Shown: in pieces, positions 9,862 through 20,198 of the stretch
How the letters are laid out: each line of letters starts with the position of its first letter
Position numbering within the stretch: the first letter of the stretch is position 1
Notes under the pieces: model-generated
Databases searched by the model: none
Told to the model about the DNA's origin: nothing
What the model saw: the letters and a program-made list of their open reading frames with translations, nothing else
Source: Gemmatales bacterium
GTDB lineage: Bacteria > Planctomycetota > Planctomycetia > Gemmatales > HRBIN36
Assembly: GCA_046350055.1 (NCBI GenBank)
Contig: JAXMBC010000001.1
Span: forward strand, 1,214,660-1,278,659
Length of the DNA stretch: 64,000 nt
Reading direction: 5' to 3'
Translations under genes and position numbers: made by a program

Positions 9862-9923
9862 ACTGTAGCTTTAGCTGATTCCGCATTGTGTGGTGCGTCA
9901 TAACGTAGCTTGTTGATTCGATG

Positions 9924-9953
9924 AAAAGGCCACAGCAAATGCTGTGGCCTTTT
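9924..9953. terminator. bidirectional rho-independent terminator between convergent genes
   Basis: AAAAGGCCACAGC-AAAT-GCTGTGGCCTTTT: a 9-bp GC stem flanked by an A-run and a T-run. Confidence 0.7.
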
Positions 9954-9980
9954 CATTAACCTGGGTGTTCATGCCGTGCA

Positions 9981-10676
9981 CTATCGGCTGATTGTCAGAT
10001 TGGCGTCGATCACCTGACGGCGACGATAGTAATAGCCACCGATGCCGCAGAGGGTCAAGCCCGCGATCATGGCGATGGTGGTCGGTTCGGGTACAGACAC
10101 TGCATAGAGCTCAAACGCGACATCAGGCGCTACACTCGCCCAAGGTCCGGGATTCGTGACATTGGCAGTCTCAGCATGGTCGAATCCTACGGTGGAAATT
10201 GCTTCCTGCCAACCCATGACGGTTCCATCCGAGGCACTGCCCCAGGTACCGTCTCGCAGCGCCAGCCAATAGGTGCCTGCTGTCAGTACAGGAGCACCGG
10301 AAAAGACAGCGTCTACTTGAAAGATTTCCCGTCCCGTACCAGAAAGCAGCCCGGTCGTTGTCACGCTGGCAGCCACATCATTCCCGCTGAACAAAATAGT
10401 GCTGGGGATGCCACCACTGTTGGCATAGAGCGCCCATCCCAGCGTGCCGGAGAAATTGTTTGCCACCCCATCCAGCACGCCTGATTGTGCACGGTCTGCC
10501 AGCCAGACTCGCATACTCGACAGGGTCGTGGAACTGGTAAGCGTAAAGTCGTTGGCAACGACGAAGGTTGTTATGCTAAAATTATTGCCTGTCTGCAGAA
10601 ACGGCTGAGACCACACTTGGGCCGACGCTGGGACTGCCAAACCGAGTGCGACAACAATTGAATACAATAGACGCAT
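9981..10676 (-). CDS. PEP-CTERM sorting-domain protein
   Basis: It has a signal peptide. The C-terminus is VPEPTTIAMIAGLTLCGIGGYYYRRRQ, i.e. the PEP motif, a TM helix and a basic tail. Confidence 0.8.
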   Translation of the reverse strand: MRLLYSIVVALGLAVPASAQVWSQPFLQTGNNFSITTFVVANDFTLTSSTTLSSMRVWLADRAQSGVLDGVANNFSGTLGWALYANSGGIPSTILFSGNDVAASVTTTGLLSGTGREIFQVDAVFSGAPVLTAGTYWLALRDGTWGSASDGTVMGWQEAISTVGFDHAETANVTNPGPWASVAPDVAFELYAVSVPEPTTIAMIAGLTLCGIGGYYYRRRQVIDANLTISR

Positions 10677-10935
10677 AATTACCTCTCTGGTGTGAATCTG
10701 GGTGCACGCTCAAGATACTTCGCCATAACAGGCAAAACAACAGAATATTCCAAAAATTTCACATATCTCATAATTTCCAGTCTGTCATGCACCTACCCTC
10801 TTCTCATGCTTTTCCAGAAAACAGCTGGAATCCTGACGTATTCGACAGCAGTTATGGACATGTCCGAAAACTACAATACTGCACTATTCACATGCAGTAT
10901 CATCCACTCGTCCTATCCCAAAGCTGGAACCCAAT

Positions 10936-11526
10936 ATGCTCGGTACCATCCTCTTCAGTCTGGCCCTTGTCAGCACAGGCAACTCTCGCCCTGACGACAT
11001 CCCTTCTGATCTCCAGAAACTGGTAGGCACCTTCCAGGGCAAGTGGACCTTGTTCGGCATCAATGACAAGGGGGATGTCGTCCAGCGCATGGCCTGGACC
11101 GACACCATCACCTGTGCCAACCCGCAGACCAGCGACGATAAAGTCTTCGTCACGACCGTCAGTGAGATGGCCATCGAAGGCTCGACCACCAAGCGCAAGT
11201 GGGAAGGCAAGGAAGGCTACTTCCTGAACAAGGATAAGAGCCTGGGATCATACTTCATCGAAAGTCGTGGCCAGGTGCAGAAGATGGTGAAGTTGAACGA
11301 CACGACCTGGACCTACGTCAGCCCCGCCGCCTCGCAGGAACTGGGCGCGCTGGGCTTTCCCGCCAATGCCAAAGGAGAGCACGTGCTGGTCAAAGTGGTC
11401 ACCCGGGAAAACAATGTCGAAACCCATCGCATCAGCCGAGTGACCACAGTCTCATGGAAAAACAAGGAAGGCACCGAACAATGGCTTCAGTTCGTCAGCC
11501 TGCAGGGGTATCACAGGAAGCAGTAA
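10936..11526 (+). CDS. secreted hypothetical protein
   Basis: The 196-aa ORF has a signal-like N-terminus and good codon bias. Confidence 0.55.
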   Translation: MLGTILFSLALVSTGNSRPDDIPSDLQKLVGTFQGKWTLFGINDKGDVVQRMAWTDTITCANPQTSDDKVFVTTVSEMAIEGSTTKRKWEGKEGYFLNKDKSLGSYFIESRGQVQKMVKLNDTTWTYVSPAASQELGALGFPANAKGEHVLVKVVTRENNVETHRISRVTTVSWKNKEGTEQWLQFVSLQGYHRKQ

Positions 11527-11670
11527 CTACTACTACAGAGTAACATCGTTCACCGTAGCGTTCCATCGTGCTGATGCGGTGGCAATGCCCCCAAACCTTT
11601 TGATGCGATGCACTCTAAACAACATCCAAAACAGATCTAACAAGGCGAATGGCTGGCTTAGCGTTGGCGG

Positions 11671-12345
11671 CTAATCCCACTCGTACCACTTCTGCAACCA
11701 TTCAAATAATTCCCTCTCGGTGCGTGGAGACGGGTCTTGGATAATTCGCTCCTGACACTCAAAACGAACTCGATGGCCTTGCGGTAAGGTCTTCCAATAC
11801 GTGCAATGCCAGGGACTCACAGTATCCCATGTCGCAGAGTCCGATACAGCTGTCATTCCCTGCAGATGCATGAGCGAAAAATATGTCCGAACCCTGGACT
11901 CAGATGCACCGGTTATTTCGCCAATTTCGCCAGCGTCCACAACATAACCAGAATCTATGTAATCATTCCAGCGTGGTTGAGCAAATGCTTCCCAGACTGA
12001 ACCGCCAAGCACGGACAAGCGATAATACAAGCTTCTCTCATGCTGGAATGTTGGCCCTCGCCCTTCCAAGATCTCTTCTAACAATGCACGATCAACAGGC
12101 TCTGATCCCTGGCGATCCACAAAAGGAACGTGCGCTTCGATCCACTTCTTGCTAAACATCGACTCCAAAGTCTCAAGCAACTCTAGTCGAGACATCCCAT
12201 GTCCATCACGATTGAACAGCACACCAGGATTGGTGGCGTCCAGCCAATGGATCGGATAGCTATGGTGAACGACGAGATTCAGCAACCAATATTCGCCACG
12301 CGACAGACGAGGACAGTTCATAGCGGTTGGCACATGCAATGCCAA
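11671..12345 (-). CDS. hypothetical protein (AT-richer gene)
   Basis: A 224-aa ORF. The start may instead be the internal ATG at 12321. Confidence 0.5.
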   Translation of the reverse strand: MALHVPTAMNCPRLSRGEYWLLNLVVHHSYPIHWLDATNPGVLFNRDGHGMSRLELLETLESMFSKKWIEAHVPFVDRQGSEPVDRALLEEILEGRGPTFQHERSLYYRLSVLGGSVWEAFAQPRWNDYIDSGYVVDAGEIGEITGASESRVRTYFSLMHLQGMTAVSDSATWDTVSPWHCTYWKTLPQGHRVRFECQERIIQDPSPRTERELFEWLQKWYEWD

Positions 12346-12574
12346 ATCAAGGGATTCGTACTCACGATTATCTTCGCAGCTGCTTGTCTGTCAAGCAATA
12401 CCTGAAGACAGCAATCAACAATTCAGTTACTGTGCCGGGGTACTCACCGAAGTTCGACCCACCTGCCCAACTACAATCATCTCACACATACTCAGGAGTG
12501 GCAGCATCTTGTCAAACGGGGCACAATCCCTGTGCAACCCTCCTGCAAGATGCTGCCGGTCTCCAGGCATTGCT

Positions 12575-12715
12575 CCTCCCCTTTCGAAGGGGTGGTGGGT
12601 GGGGTAGCACCACGCCAGAGCAAGCGCTCTCGCGTTGGTCTACCTCAGCTTTCGCCCGACGGTCTGAACTCGCGAGGTGAAACCCCTTCCAGCTCCCCCT
12701 TCGTAAGGGGGAAAG
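12575..12715. repeat. copy 2 of the ~145-bp element with GC-hairpin termini
   Basis: The left terminus is CCTCCCCTTTCGAAGGGGTGGTGGGTGGGGTAGCACC and the right terminus is GGTGAAACCCCTTCCAGCTCCCCCTTCGTAAGGGGGAA. Both match the reverse complement of 7651-7800. The central ~65 nt differ. Confidence 0.7.
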
Positions 12716-12781
12716 CCAGACCGGCGTAAAGGGGAGAGCCAGACCGCCCTTCGCTCACGCTTCGGCTCATAGTGTTCAACC

Positions 12782-13549
12782 TCACACCACCGGAAGCTGC
12801 CAACGGCCCGTACTGGAATCATGTACTTCATGCGGGCCGAAGCGTGCTTTGTACTCTAACGACCGGCAGCCTGCGACGTAATACCCTAAATAGACAAAAG
12901 GGCGATTTCGTTCCCCGGCTTCTTTGATCACCTGCAGTACATTCCAGGTGCCCAGGCCCCATTCCCGATACTGCGGATCGTGGAAAAAGTAGATGGCCGA
13001 GAGCCCTGTCGGCACCACATCCACATAACCCACGCCAATAAGCTTGTCGCCATCGTAGTAGCACCATTCCTCGGTCGGGATGGGGTTATTGACGAAGCTT
13101 GCAACGTAAGAGCTGAAGTCCTTCGGGGGATAGCGAGGCCAGCCGATCTCTTCCGACTGATGGGTGTGGAAGGCATCGTGCAGGGCCAGCTTGCGGTCCG
13201 ACACGCTCGGCTCGCCGATCTCCAGCCGCACCCGGCTTGCATTCTCGCGGACGTTCCGCTTCTGCGACCGGTTCATCTCAAACCGCTCCGTCAGTACCCG
13301 CAGCGACCAGCATGAGGTACAGAACGGGCAGCGCGGTCGAAACAGCGACCTGCCAAAGCGACGCCAGCCATTCACCAGCATGACGTCGTACTCATCCACC
13401 GACAGCGTTTCGCAGTCGATATACTCCAGCATCGCTGTCTGGGCAGGCAGATAGCTGCATCGGTGGGGCGGCGTGACGTAGTGTGCCGAGATCTTCATCC
13501 CGACCAGCATAACATACTTCGCCGCGCTGCCAATCTGTAAGGATGTCAC
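12782..13549 (-). CDS. bpt: arginyl/leucyl-tRNA--protein transferase (ATE/Bpt family)
   Basis: It has the motif run CSYLP...EY..L...GWRR.G...FRP.C..C..C..LRV followed by YLGYY. The probable true start is MKISAHY at 13498. Confidence 0.75.
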   Translation of the reverse strand: MTSLQIGSAAKYVMLVGMKISAHYVTPPHRCSYLPAQTAMLEYIDCETLSVDEYDVMLVNGWRRFGRSLFRPRCPFCTSCWSLRVLTERFEMNRSQKRNVRENASRVRLEIGEPSVSDRKLALHDAFHTHQSEEIGWPRYPPKDFSSYVASFVNNPIPTEEWCYYDGDKLIGVGYVDVVPTGLSAIYFFHDPQYREWGLGTWNVLQVIKEAGERNRPFVYLGYYVAGCRSLEYKARFGPHEVHDSSTGRWQLPVV

Positions 13550-15867
13550 CGGGATGGAATGAGTGCACCGCCCTTTCCAGCCTGTACAACATCTACTACC
13601 AGCTGCCCATCAGCAGTTCTCCTTTGCTTCTTTCGGATTCGCCAGTGAAGTCCACCAAGCCCTCGCTCGCCGTCACTCTTCCTCGTGATCTGATGTCGGG
13701 GCTCGTCGTATTCCTCGTGGCCCTTCCCTTGTGCCTGGGAGTTGCCCTCGCCTCCAACGCGCCGCTCATCTCCGGGCTGGTCTCCGGCATCATCGGCGGT
13801 GTCGTAGTCGGCATACTCAGCGGCTCCCAGACCAGTGTCAGTGGCCCCGCTGCCGGCCTGACTGCCGTCGTCGCTGCCCAGATCGTTGCCTTCGGTTCCT
13901 TCCCGGCCTTTCTTTTTGCCGTCTTCGTTGCCGGGCTGATGCAGATCGGCATGGGAATCGCCAAGGCCGGTGGGCTGGCTGCCTTCTTCCCCTCCAGTGT
14001 TATCAAGGGGCTTCTTGCCGCCATTGGCGTCATTCTCATTCTCAAGCAGTTTCCCCACGTCCTGGGTTTCGATGCCGATGCTTTCAGCCTCGCCTGCAAG
14101 GCGAAGGGTCTCAACTGCTTGACCATGCTCCAGGAGATGTTTCAGCATCTGCATCTGGGAGCCAGCATCATTGGCGTTCTCTCTATTGCCTTCCTCATGT
14201 TCTGGGATCGCAACATGTCGTTGAAGAAGTCACCCGTGCCCGCACCGCTGCTGGTGGTGCTGCTCGGCGTGGGCCTCGGCCTGCTCTTCCGCCGCTTCGG
14301 CGATGGCTGGGCTATCGGTACCCATCAGCTTGTGCAGGTCCCTGTTGCCGAGTCCATGAATCATTTCCTGTCGTTCCTGACTCTGCCCGACTTCACCCAG
14401 TGGAGCAATCCCAGGATCTACTCCGCAGCGGCGACCATAGCCATCGTCGCCTCGCTGGAAACGCTCCTCAACCTGCAGGCTGTGGACAAGATCGATCCGT
14501 ATCAGCGCAGTTCACCACCCAGTCGTGAACTCTGGGCTCAGGGCGCGGGCAACCTGCTCGCCGGTCTCACCGGCGGCTTACCGATCACCTCCGTCATTGT
14601 CCGCAGCTCGGTCAACATCAATGCCGGCGGCCGCACCAAGCTCGCTGCTGTGTTTCATGGTCTGTTGCTCTTTATCTGTATCCTCTTCCTGGCCGAGACG
14701 CTGAACCTGATCCCCCTCTCCTGCCTGGCTGCCATTCTCATTGTGACCGGTATCAAGCTGGCCAGCCCCACCCTCGTCAAGCAGATGTGGGCTGGAGGCA
14801 CCTACCAGTTCATTCCCTTTGTCGTCACCGTGGTCGCCATCGTAATCTCCGATCTGCTTGTTGGCGTCCTCATCGGTCTGGGTGTGGCACTCAGCTTCAT
14901 CCTCTGGAGCAACATGCGCCGCCCGGTGCATACCATCATCGAAAAGCATCTGGGAGGCGATGTCATCAAGATCGATCTGGCCAATCAGGTAAGCTTCCTC
15001 AATCGCGCTGCCCTTGACCATGCCCTCCATTCCATTGAACCGGGCAGCCACGTTCTCTTCGATGCAACTCACACCAACTACATCGACCCCGACATCCTCG
15101 ACCTGATCCGCGACTTCAAGAACGAAGTGGCCCCGGCCCGCGACGTGGAAGTCAGTCTGGTCGGCTTCCGCCCCAGGTATCGGTTGCGCGATCAGATTCA
15201 GTATGTCGACTACTCCACCCGTGAACTGCAGGACGCCATCACCCCGGCACAGGTTCTCGACATCCTCAAGCAGGGGCATGAGCGTTTCCGCACCGGCCAG
15301 CAACTCACCCGCGACTTCGGCAGGCAGGTCACCGCCACCGCCCGGTCGGAACATCCCCTGGCTGTTGTCCTCAGTTGTGTCGATTCCCGCACGCCCACCG
15401 AGCTGATCTTCGATCTGGGCGTGGGCGACATCTACAGTGTGCGTATCGCCGGCACCGTCCTCAGCCGCAAGGTGCTCGGCAGCATTGAATATGGCTGCAG
15501 CATTGCCGGAGCCAAGCTGATCGTGGTGATGGGCCACACCCGCTGCGGCGTCATGAATGCTGCAGTTGAATCGGTTTGTGCACCTGCCACCTCCACGATC
15601 AACACACTCTCCAGCAATTTCGGCCTGATCGTGGACGATATCCGTCAGTCAATTTCGAAGGACGACTGCGCAGGCTACAGTGCCGACACCCTGCACACCG
15701 TGGTCGATGCCATCAGCCACAAGAACGTCCGCCGTGTAACGCAGGCACTGCTGAATGATTGCCCGCTGCTGGCCCAACTCGTCAGCATGCAGAAGCTTGC
15801 CATTGTCGGTGCCATGTACGACGTCACCACTGGTACCATCACATTCGGTGAACTGATCGAAGGGTAA
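13543..15867 (+). CDS. bifunctional SulP-family anion transporter / beta-carbonic anhydrase
   Basis: The N-terminus has SulP-type TM helices (LPRDLMSGLVVFLVALPLCLG...). The middle is STAS-like. The C-terminus carries the beta-CA motifs SCVDSR and GHTRCG. The start is uncertain; an alternative is the GTG at 13645. Confidence 0.8.
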   Translation: MSPGWNECTALSSLYNIYYQLPISSSPLLLSDSPVKSTKPSLAVTLPRDLMSGLVVFLVALPLCLGVALASNAPLISGLVSGIIGGVVVGILSGSQTSVSGPAAGLTAVVAAQIVAFGSFPAFLFAVFVAGLMQIGMGIAKAGGLAAFFPSSVIKGLLAAIGVILILKQFPHVLGFDADAFSLACKAKGLNCLTMLQEMFQHLHLGASIIGVLSIAFLMFWDRNMSLKKSPVPAPLLVVLLGVGLGLLFRRFGDGWAIGTHQLVQVPVAESMNHFLSFLTLPDFTQWSNPRIYSAAATIAIVASLETLLNLQAVDKIDPYQRSSPPSRELWAQGAGNLLAGLTGGLPITSVIVRSSVNINAGGRTKLAAVFHGLLLFICILFLAETLNLIPLSCLAAILIVTGIKLASPTLVKQMWAGGTYQFIPFVVTVVAIVISDLLVGVLIGLGVALSFILWSNMRRPVHTIIEKHLGGDVIKIDLANQVSFLNRAALDHALHSIEPGSHVLFDATHTNYIDPDILDLIRDFKNEVAPARDVEVSLVGFRPRYRLRDQIQYVDYSTRELQDAITPAQVLDILKQGHERFRTGQQLTRDFGRQVTATARSEHPLAVVLSCVDSRTPTELIFDLGVGDIYSVRIAGTVLSRKVLGSIEYGCSIAGAKLIVVMGHTRCGVMNAAVESVCAPATSTINTLSSNFGLIVDDIRQSISKDDCAGYSADTLHTVVDAISHKNVRRVTQALLNDCPLLAQLVSMQKLAIVGAMYDVTTGTITFGELIEG

Positions 15868-15985
15868 CCGGATCAGTACTGATATGGATTCCAGCATCCA
15901 GTTTTCTCATTTAGTATCAATTTTGTTGACTCCACACTGTCACAAGGTAGCTTGTGCCTAACACTCGATACTGCAACATGAGGAA

Positions 15986-16849
15986 TTGCGTATGCTGTCC
16001 TATCTTCGCTTCACATTTAGTGCTGCTCTTGTCGTGGCTTGCATGTGGGTTTGCCCCACGACCTCGGTTCATGCTGACGATCTGCTGTACGGCTCGACCG
16101 GCAGTGCCGGCCTGCTTTACTCGATCAACCCTGTGACCCAGACAGTAACACTGATTGGCAACTCCGGCATCGGCAAGCTGGGTGGCATTGCCTTTGATGC
16201 TAATGGCGTTCTCTACGGCGTCAGCGGCGGAAGTGGCGGGCCTTCTGAACTCTTCACCCTGAATACGACGAATGCTGCTGCCACCTCCATCGGAGTTGTG
16301 AACGGCATTCAAGGCGTGGATGGCTTACGCTTTGCTGCGAACGGAACCCTGTATGGCGCTGGCTGGAACGGTGTTGGCACGCTGATCACTATCGACCCGA
16401 CTAATGCTACCCTCTTGACCAGCACAGTACTCTCCGGATCTGGCAATGCGTTTGCCCCTGGCATCGCCTTTAACTCCGCAGGCACCCTGTTCGGTTCCCG
16501 CGGCAACTCGTCGGGGCATGCCGAAGATCTCGTGACCATCGATCCTAACACTGGTATTTTGACAGCCATCGGCGGCTCTACCAATATCATCTCCGACATC
16601 TGGTTTTCGCCAACGGGCACACTCTACGCTTCCTCCCCCAGTGGTGAGCTCTACACCATCGACCCGACGACTGGTGATAAGACACTGCTCTTCAACACCG
16701 GGATCTCCCAGTTTTCCGGCTTGGCAGGCTTTGCCGCTGTGCCCGAACCCACCACGTGGGCACTCATCGGAACAGCAGTCCTGGGTGCCAGTGCCATTGG
16801 CTGGAAGAAACGTCGCGCCATCAAACAGAACTACAACCGCAAGAAATAG
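15986..16849 (+). CDS. PEP-CTERM protein with beta-propeller-like GxLYG repeats
   Basis: It has a signal peptide and repeated LYG/LFG blades. The C-terminus is VPEPTTWALIGTAVLGASAIGWKKRR. Confidence 0.8.
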   Translation: MRMLSYLRFTFSAALVVACMWVCPTTSVHADDLLYGSTGSAGLLYSINPVTQTVTLIGNSGIGKLGGIAFDANGVLYGVSGGSGGPSELFTLNTTNAAATSIGVVNGIQGVDGLRFAANGTLYGAGWNGVGTLITIDPTNATLLTSTVLSGSGNAFAPGIAFNSAGTLFGSRGNSSGHAEDLVTIDPNTGILTAIGGSTNIISDIWFSPTGTLYASSPSGELYTIDPTTGDKTLLFNTGISQFSGLAGFAAVPEPTTWALIGTAVLGASAIGWKKRRAIKQNYNRKK

Positions 16850-16996
16850 GTAATCGTTCAACACACTCAAGTATCGAATCGGCACCCGCTGGTTCGATAC
16901 TTTTTCGTTGGTGCAGCCCCCGTTCCCAGTTTTCTTGCACTCTTCCCTCTCACTCTCCGGTATACTCGAAGCTCCACTTCTACGGAGTCCGGCAGC

Positions 16997-17884
16997 GTGT
17001 TTCCCTACTTCAAAGGTCAGCCGACCGACTTCATCTTCCGCTACACCGGCGGCAGTTTGCGCAGCAGCGGGCTGGGCCAGGCGTTCTTCTACTGGCGCTA
17101 CAATACCCAGGTCGTCGCCGTTCCCACGCAAAGCCAGGATGCCAGCTTCGTCTTCAACGAACTCACCCGCGACTTTCAGGAAGTGACTCTGCAAGGCCAG
17201 ATCACCTTCCGCATCAAGGATGCCAAGCTCACTGCCGGCCTCTTCAACTTCACGATCGACCCTGTGACCTACGCCTACCTCGGCGAAGACCACGACAAGC
17301 TCGGCAAACGCCTGACCAACCTGGTGCAGATCGAAACCCGGGCCGAGGTCTCACAGCGCACCCTGCAGGAAACCCTGCGCGATGCTTCGCAGCTCAGCTC
17401 CGCCGTCGCCGAGCGACTCCGCGTCGGCACGTTGCTCTCGAGCCTCGGCGTGGAACTGCTGAGTGCCGATTTCCTCTCGGTGCGACCCACGCCCGAAGTC
17501 GGCAAAGCCCTTGAAGCCGAGCTGCGCGAAGCCTTGCTCCGCAAGGCTGATGAAGCCATCTATGCCCGCCGGGTCGCAGCCGTTGATGAAGAACGGCGTA
17601 TCAAGGAGAAGGAACTCGCGTCCGACAAGGCTCTCGAAGACCAGCGCAAGGAGCTCATCGCTCTGCAAGGTGCCAACGCCCTGACCGAAGCGAAGAACGC
17701 AGCCGAAGCTCGCGAAGTAGCTGCGGAAGCCGAGGCCAAAGCCGCTGAGATGAACTTCGTGGTCTACAAGGATGTCGACCACCGCAAGCTCCTCGCCTAC
17801 GCCATCAAGGAACTGGGCCAGGGCAACATCGGCAACCTCACCATCACTACCGAAATGCTCGCGAGCCTGTTGCAGGGAAAGTAA
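16997..17884 (+). CDS. SPFH/band-7 domain protein
   Basis: The 295-aa ORF has a GTG start. A band-7-like core is followed by an Ala/Glu-rich coiled coil (EAKNAAEAREVAAEAEAKAAE). Confidence 0.6.
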   Translation: MFPYFKGQPTDFIFRYTGGSLRSSGLGQAFFYWRYNTQVVAVPTQSQDASFVFNELTRDFQEVTLQGQITFRIKDAKLTAGLFNFTIDPVTYAYLGEDHDKLGKRLTNLVQIETRAEVSQRTLQETLRDASQLSSAVAERLRVGTLLSSLGVELLSADFLSVRPTPEVGKALEAELREALLRKADEAIYARRVAAVDEERRIKEKELASDKALEDQRKELIALQGANALTEAKNAAEAREVAAEAEAKAAEMNFVVYKDVDHRKLLAYAIKELGQGNIGNLTITTEMLASLLQGK

Positions 17885-17899
17885 CAGCAACTTCCAACG

Positions 17900-18838
17900 A
17901 TGCCCTTCCAGAAGATCATCCTCGTCACCCGCAAGACCCAGCTCGAGGAGCTGGTGGAGCGGCACGGCACGCGCGAGCAGGCGGCCTTCCTTCTCCAGCA
18001 GCGCGGCCAGTCCATCGACGACATCGCCGACGCCCACCACCGCTACACCACAGGCCTCGCCCAGTTGAAAGCCTCAGTCCCCTCCTCTATCCGGCTGCAA
18101 CTCATCGAACGAAGCTTCCTGCCCAACTTCCTCTTCGGCCCGAGTGACCTCATCCTCACCCTCGGTCAGGATGGCCTCGTCGTCAACACCGCCAAGTACC
18201 TCAGCGAGCAGCCGATCATCGCTTTCAATCCCGACCCCAGCCGCATCGATGGCGTGCTGGTGCCGTTCAAGATGGAGGACGCGAAGGACGCCATCGACGC
18301 TGCCCTCAACGAAGTGCTCGACCGCAAGGAAGTGACGATGGCCCGGGCCACCCTCGACGACGGCCAGACGCTTGATGCGGTCAACGATCTCTTCGTCGGC
18401 ATCCAGGGCCACGCCTCCGCCCGCTACCGTCTCGAGTTTGACAACCAGGCCGAGGAGCAATCCTCCAGCGGTGTCATCATCTCCACCGGGGCAGGCTCCA
18501 CCGGCTGGTACCGCTCCATCATCACCGGTGCCTTCGGCGTATCGTCCACCATCATGAAGAACAAGACCCTTGCCGAGATGAAAGCCAACTACCGTTTCGA
18601 CATTGATGCCCGCGAGCTGCGGTTCAGCGTGCGGGAGCCGTTCATCAGCCAGACCTCGGGAGCTGAACTGGTCTATGGCCGCCTCGAAGCAGGCCAGCAG
18701 CTGGAGATCATCTCCCGCATGCCCCAGCGAGGCATCCTCTTCAGCGACGGCATGGAAAGCGATTACCTGAAGTTCGACAACGGCATGCGGGCCACCATCG
18801 CCATCGCCCCCCGACGCGTGCAACTCTTCTGGCGCTGA
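17900..18838 (+). CDS. NAD-kinase-like (ATP-NAD/diacylglycerol kinase fold) protein
   Basis: The DLILTLGQDGLVVNTAKY motif resembles the GGDG region, and a downstream ISTGAGSTGW motif is present. Confidence 0.5.
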   Translation: MPFQKIILVTRKTQLEELVERHGTREQAAFLLQQRGQSIDDIADAHHRYTTGLAQLKASVPSSIRLQLIERSFLPNFLFGPSDLILTLGQDGLVVNTAKYLSEQPIIAFNPDPSRIDGVLVPFKMEDAKDAIDAALNEVLDRKEVTMARATLDDGQTLDAVNDLFVGIQGHASARYRLEFDNQAEEQSSSGVIISTGAGSTGWYRSIITGAFGVSSTIMKNKTLAEMKANYRFDIDARELRFSVREPFISQTSGAELVYGRLEAGQQLEIISRMPQRGILFSDGMESDYLKFDNGMRATIAIAPRRVQLFWR

Positions 18839-18950
18839 GGCATTTAGCCCCCGGCTCTTTAAGACGGGGGCGGGTTCACGCGAGGGTCCAACACAGCCCA
18901 CTGAGGCTCGCCTAGGTCGTTATTACACCACGCAGCCATAGAACAAACCC

Positions 18951-19913
18951 ATGCCCGATACCTTCCAGCCCATGCCGCTCCTCCGCTCTGGTCACTATCA
19001 GACCATTGTCGGTTACTATGTGCGCCAATGGCAGCGGGCCTTGCCGGGCACTCTCCACAAAGTCTCCCTGCCCGATGGTGATGCACTCCACGTCTATGAA
19101 TCTTTCCCCGATGGCTGGAAGCCCGAAGATCCTATCGTCCTCATCATCCATGGGCTGGGGGGCTCCCATACCTCAGGCAGCGTCACCCGCCTGGGCTGGG
19201 AATGTATGCGCGCCGGTCTGGCTGTCCTCCGCATCAATTTACGTGGCAGCGGCGAAAGCTTGGCGGACAACCGGCTCCCCTATCACGCTGGCTGCTCCAC
19301 GGATATTCAGTATGTACTGCGCTGGCTTGTCCATCGCCATCCCGGTTCCCCGTTGTACCTCGTCGGCTTCTCCCTGGGAGGCAACATCGCCCTGAAGCTC
19401 GCCGGCGAAACACCTCAGGATGATTGCCTGCCTCTCCGCCACATCGTTGCCGTCTCCCCACCTGCCCATCTGGAGCGCTGCGCCAGCATGCTCGCGGAGC
19501 CACGCAATGCCATGTACGAAAAACGCTTCGTCGCTGAACTCAAAGCACTCGCCGAACAGCGGGCCAGGCTGCATGGCGAATCGCTTCCGGCGTTTCCCAA
19601 AGAGATGAAACTCCGCGACTTTGACGATCTCTACACGGCTCCACGCGTCGGCTACCGCGATGTGGCTGACTACTACGCCCGCGCCAGCAGCCTGCCACTC
19701 CTCACCCAGGTGGAAATCCCCACCCATATCCTCTCCGCGGAGGACGACCCGATGATCGACCCCGTCCCCATCCGCGAAGCCTTCCGTTCCCCCGCTGTCA
19801 GCATCCACCTCACACCCCACGGCGGCCATCTCGGCTTCCTCAGCACCCCCCGCAACGGTGGCTGGTGCTGGATGGAAAAGTACATCGTGCGCATGCTGAC
19901 CCAGCAGGATTGA
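18951..19913 (+). CDS. alpha/beta-fold hydrolase (YheT-like)
   Basis: It has HGLGGS, the nucleophile elbow GFSLGGN, and late Asp/His motifs. Confidence 0.7.
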   Translation: MPDTFQPMPLLRSGHYQTIVGYYVRQWQRALPGTLHKVSLPDGDALHVYESFPDGWKPEDPIVLIIHGLGGSHTSGSVTRLGWECMRAGLAVLRINLRGSGESLADNRLPYHAGCSTDIQYVLRWLVHRHPGSPLYLVGFSLGGNIALKLAGETPQDDCLPLRHIVAVSPPAHLERCASMLAEPRNAMYEKRFVAELKALAEQRARLHGESLPAFPKEMKLRDFDDLYTAPRVGYRDVADYYARASSLPLLTQVEIPTHILSAEDDPMIDPVPIREAFRSPAVSIHLTPHGGHLGFLSTPRNGGWCWMEKYIVRMLTQQD

Positions 19914-20198
19914 GATCGCCCTGGTCGAACTCTTGACCGTGCCAGCACCGACAACTGCAGGTCATCCAGGAGTTGCAACTCCAGCAGCACGGTCGTGAGG
20001 CCGGCTACCTCCTGCGTAGAAACCGGCTACAATCCTCGCAGTCCCCATCAAAAGCAGCCAGCCACCTGCCACACAGTCCATTTGTATGGTAGGATAATTA
20101 TTGCATCACAGATAAGTACGGCCCACCTCTCTCAGGTCGTACTTTCCTGGAGCAGCTATCGTACCTGTTTTTCCAAGGCAATTGCTACTACCTATCTC

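Noticed and set aside
19995-20198. The N-terminal extension of ORF 19995-21155
   Set aside because: The extension has low-complexity, non-native-looking sequence (MRPATSCVETGYNPRSPHQKQ...). A plausible ATG with the MATLAQFAEQ start lies at 20199.
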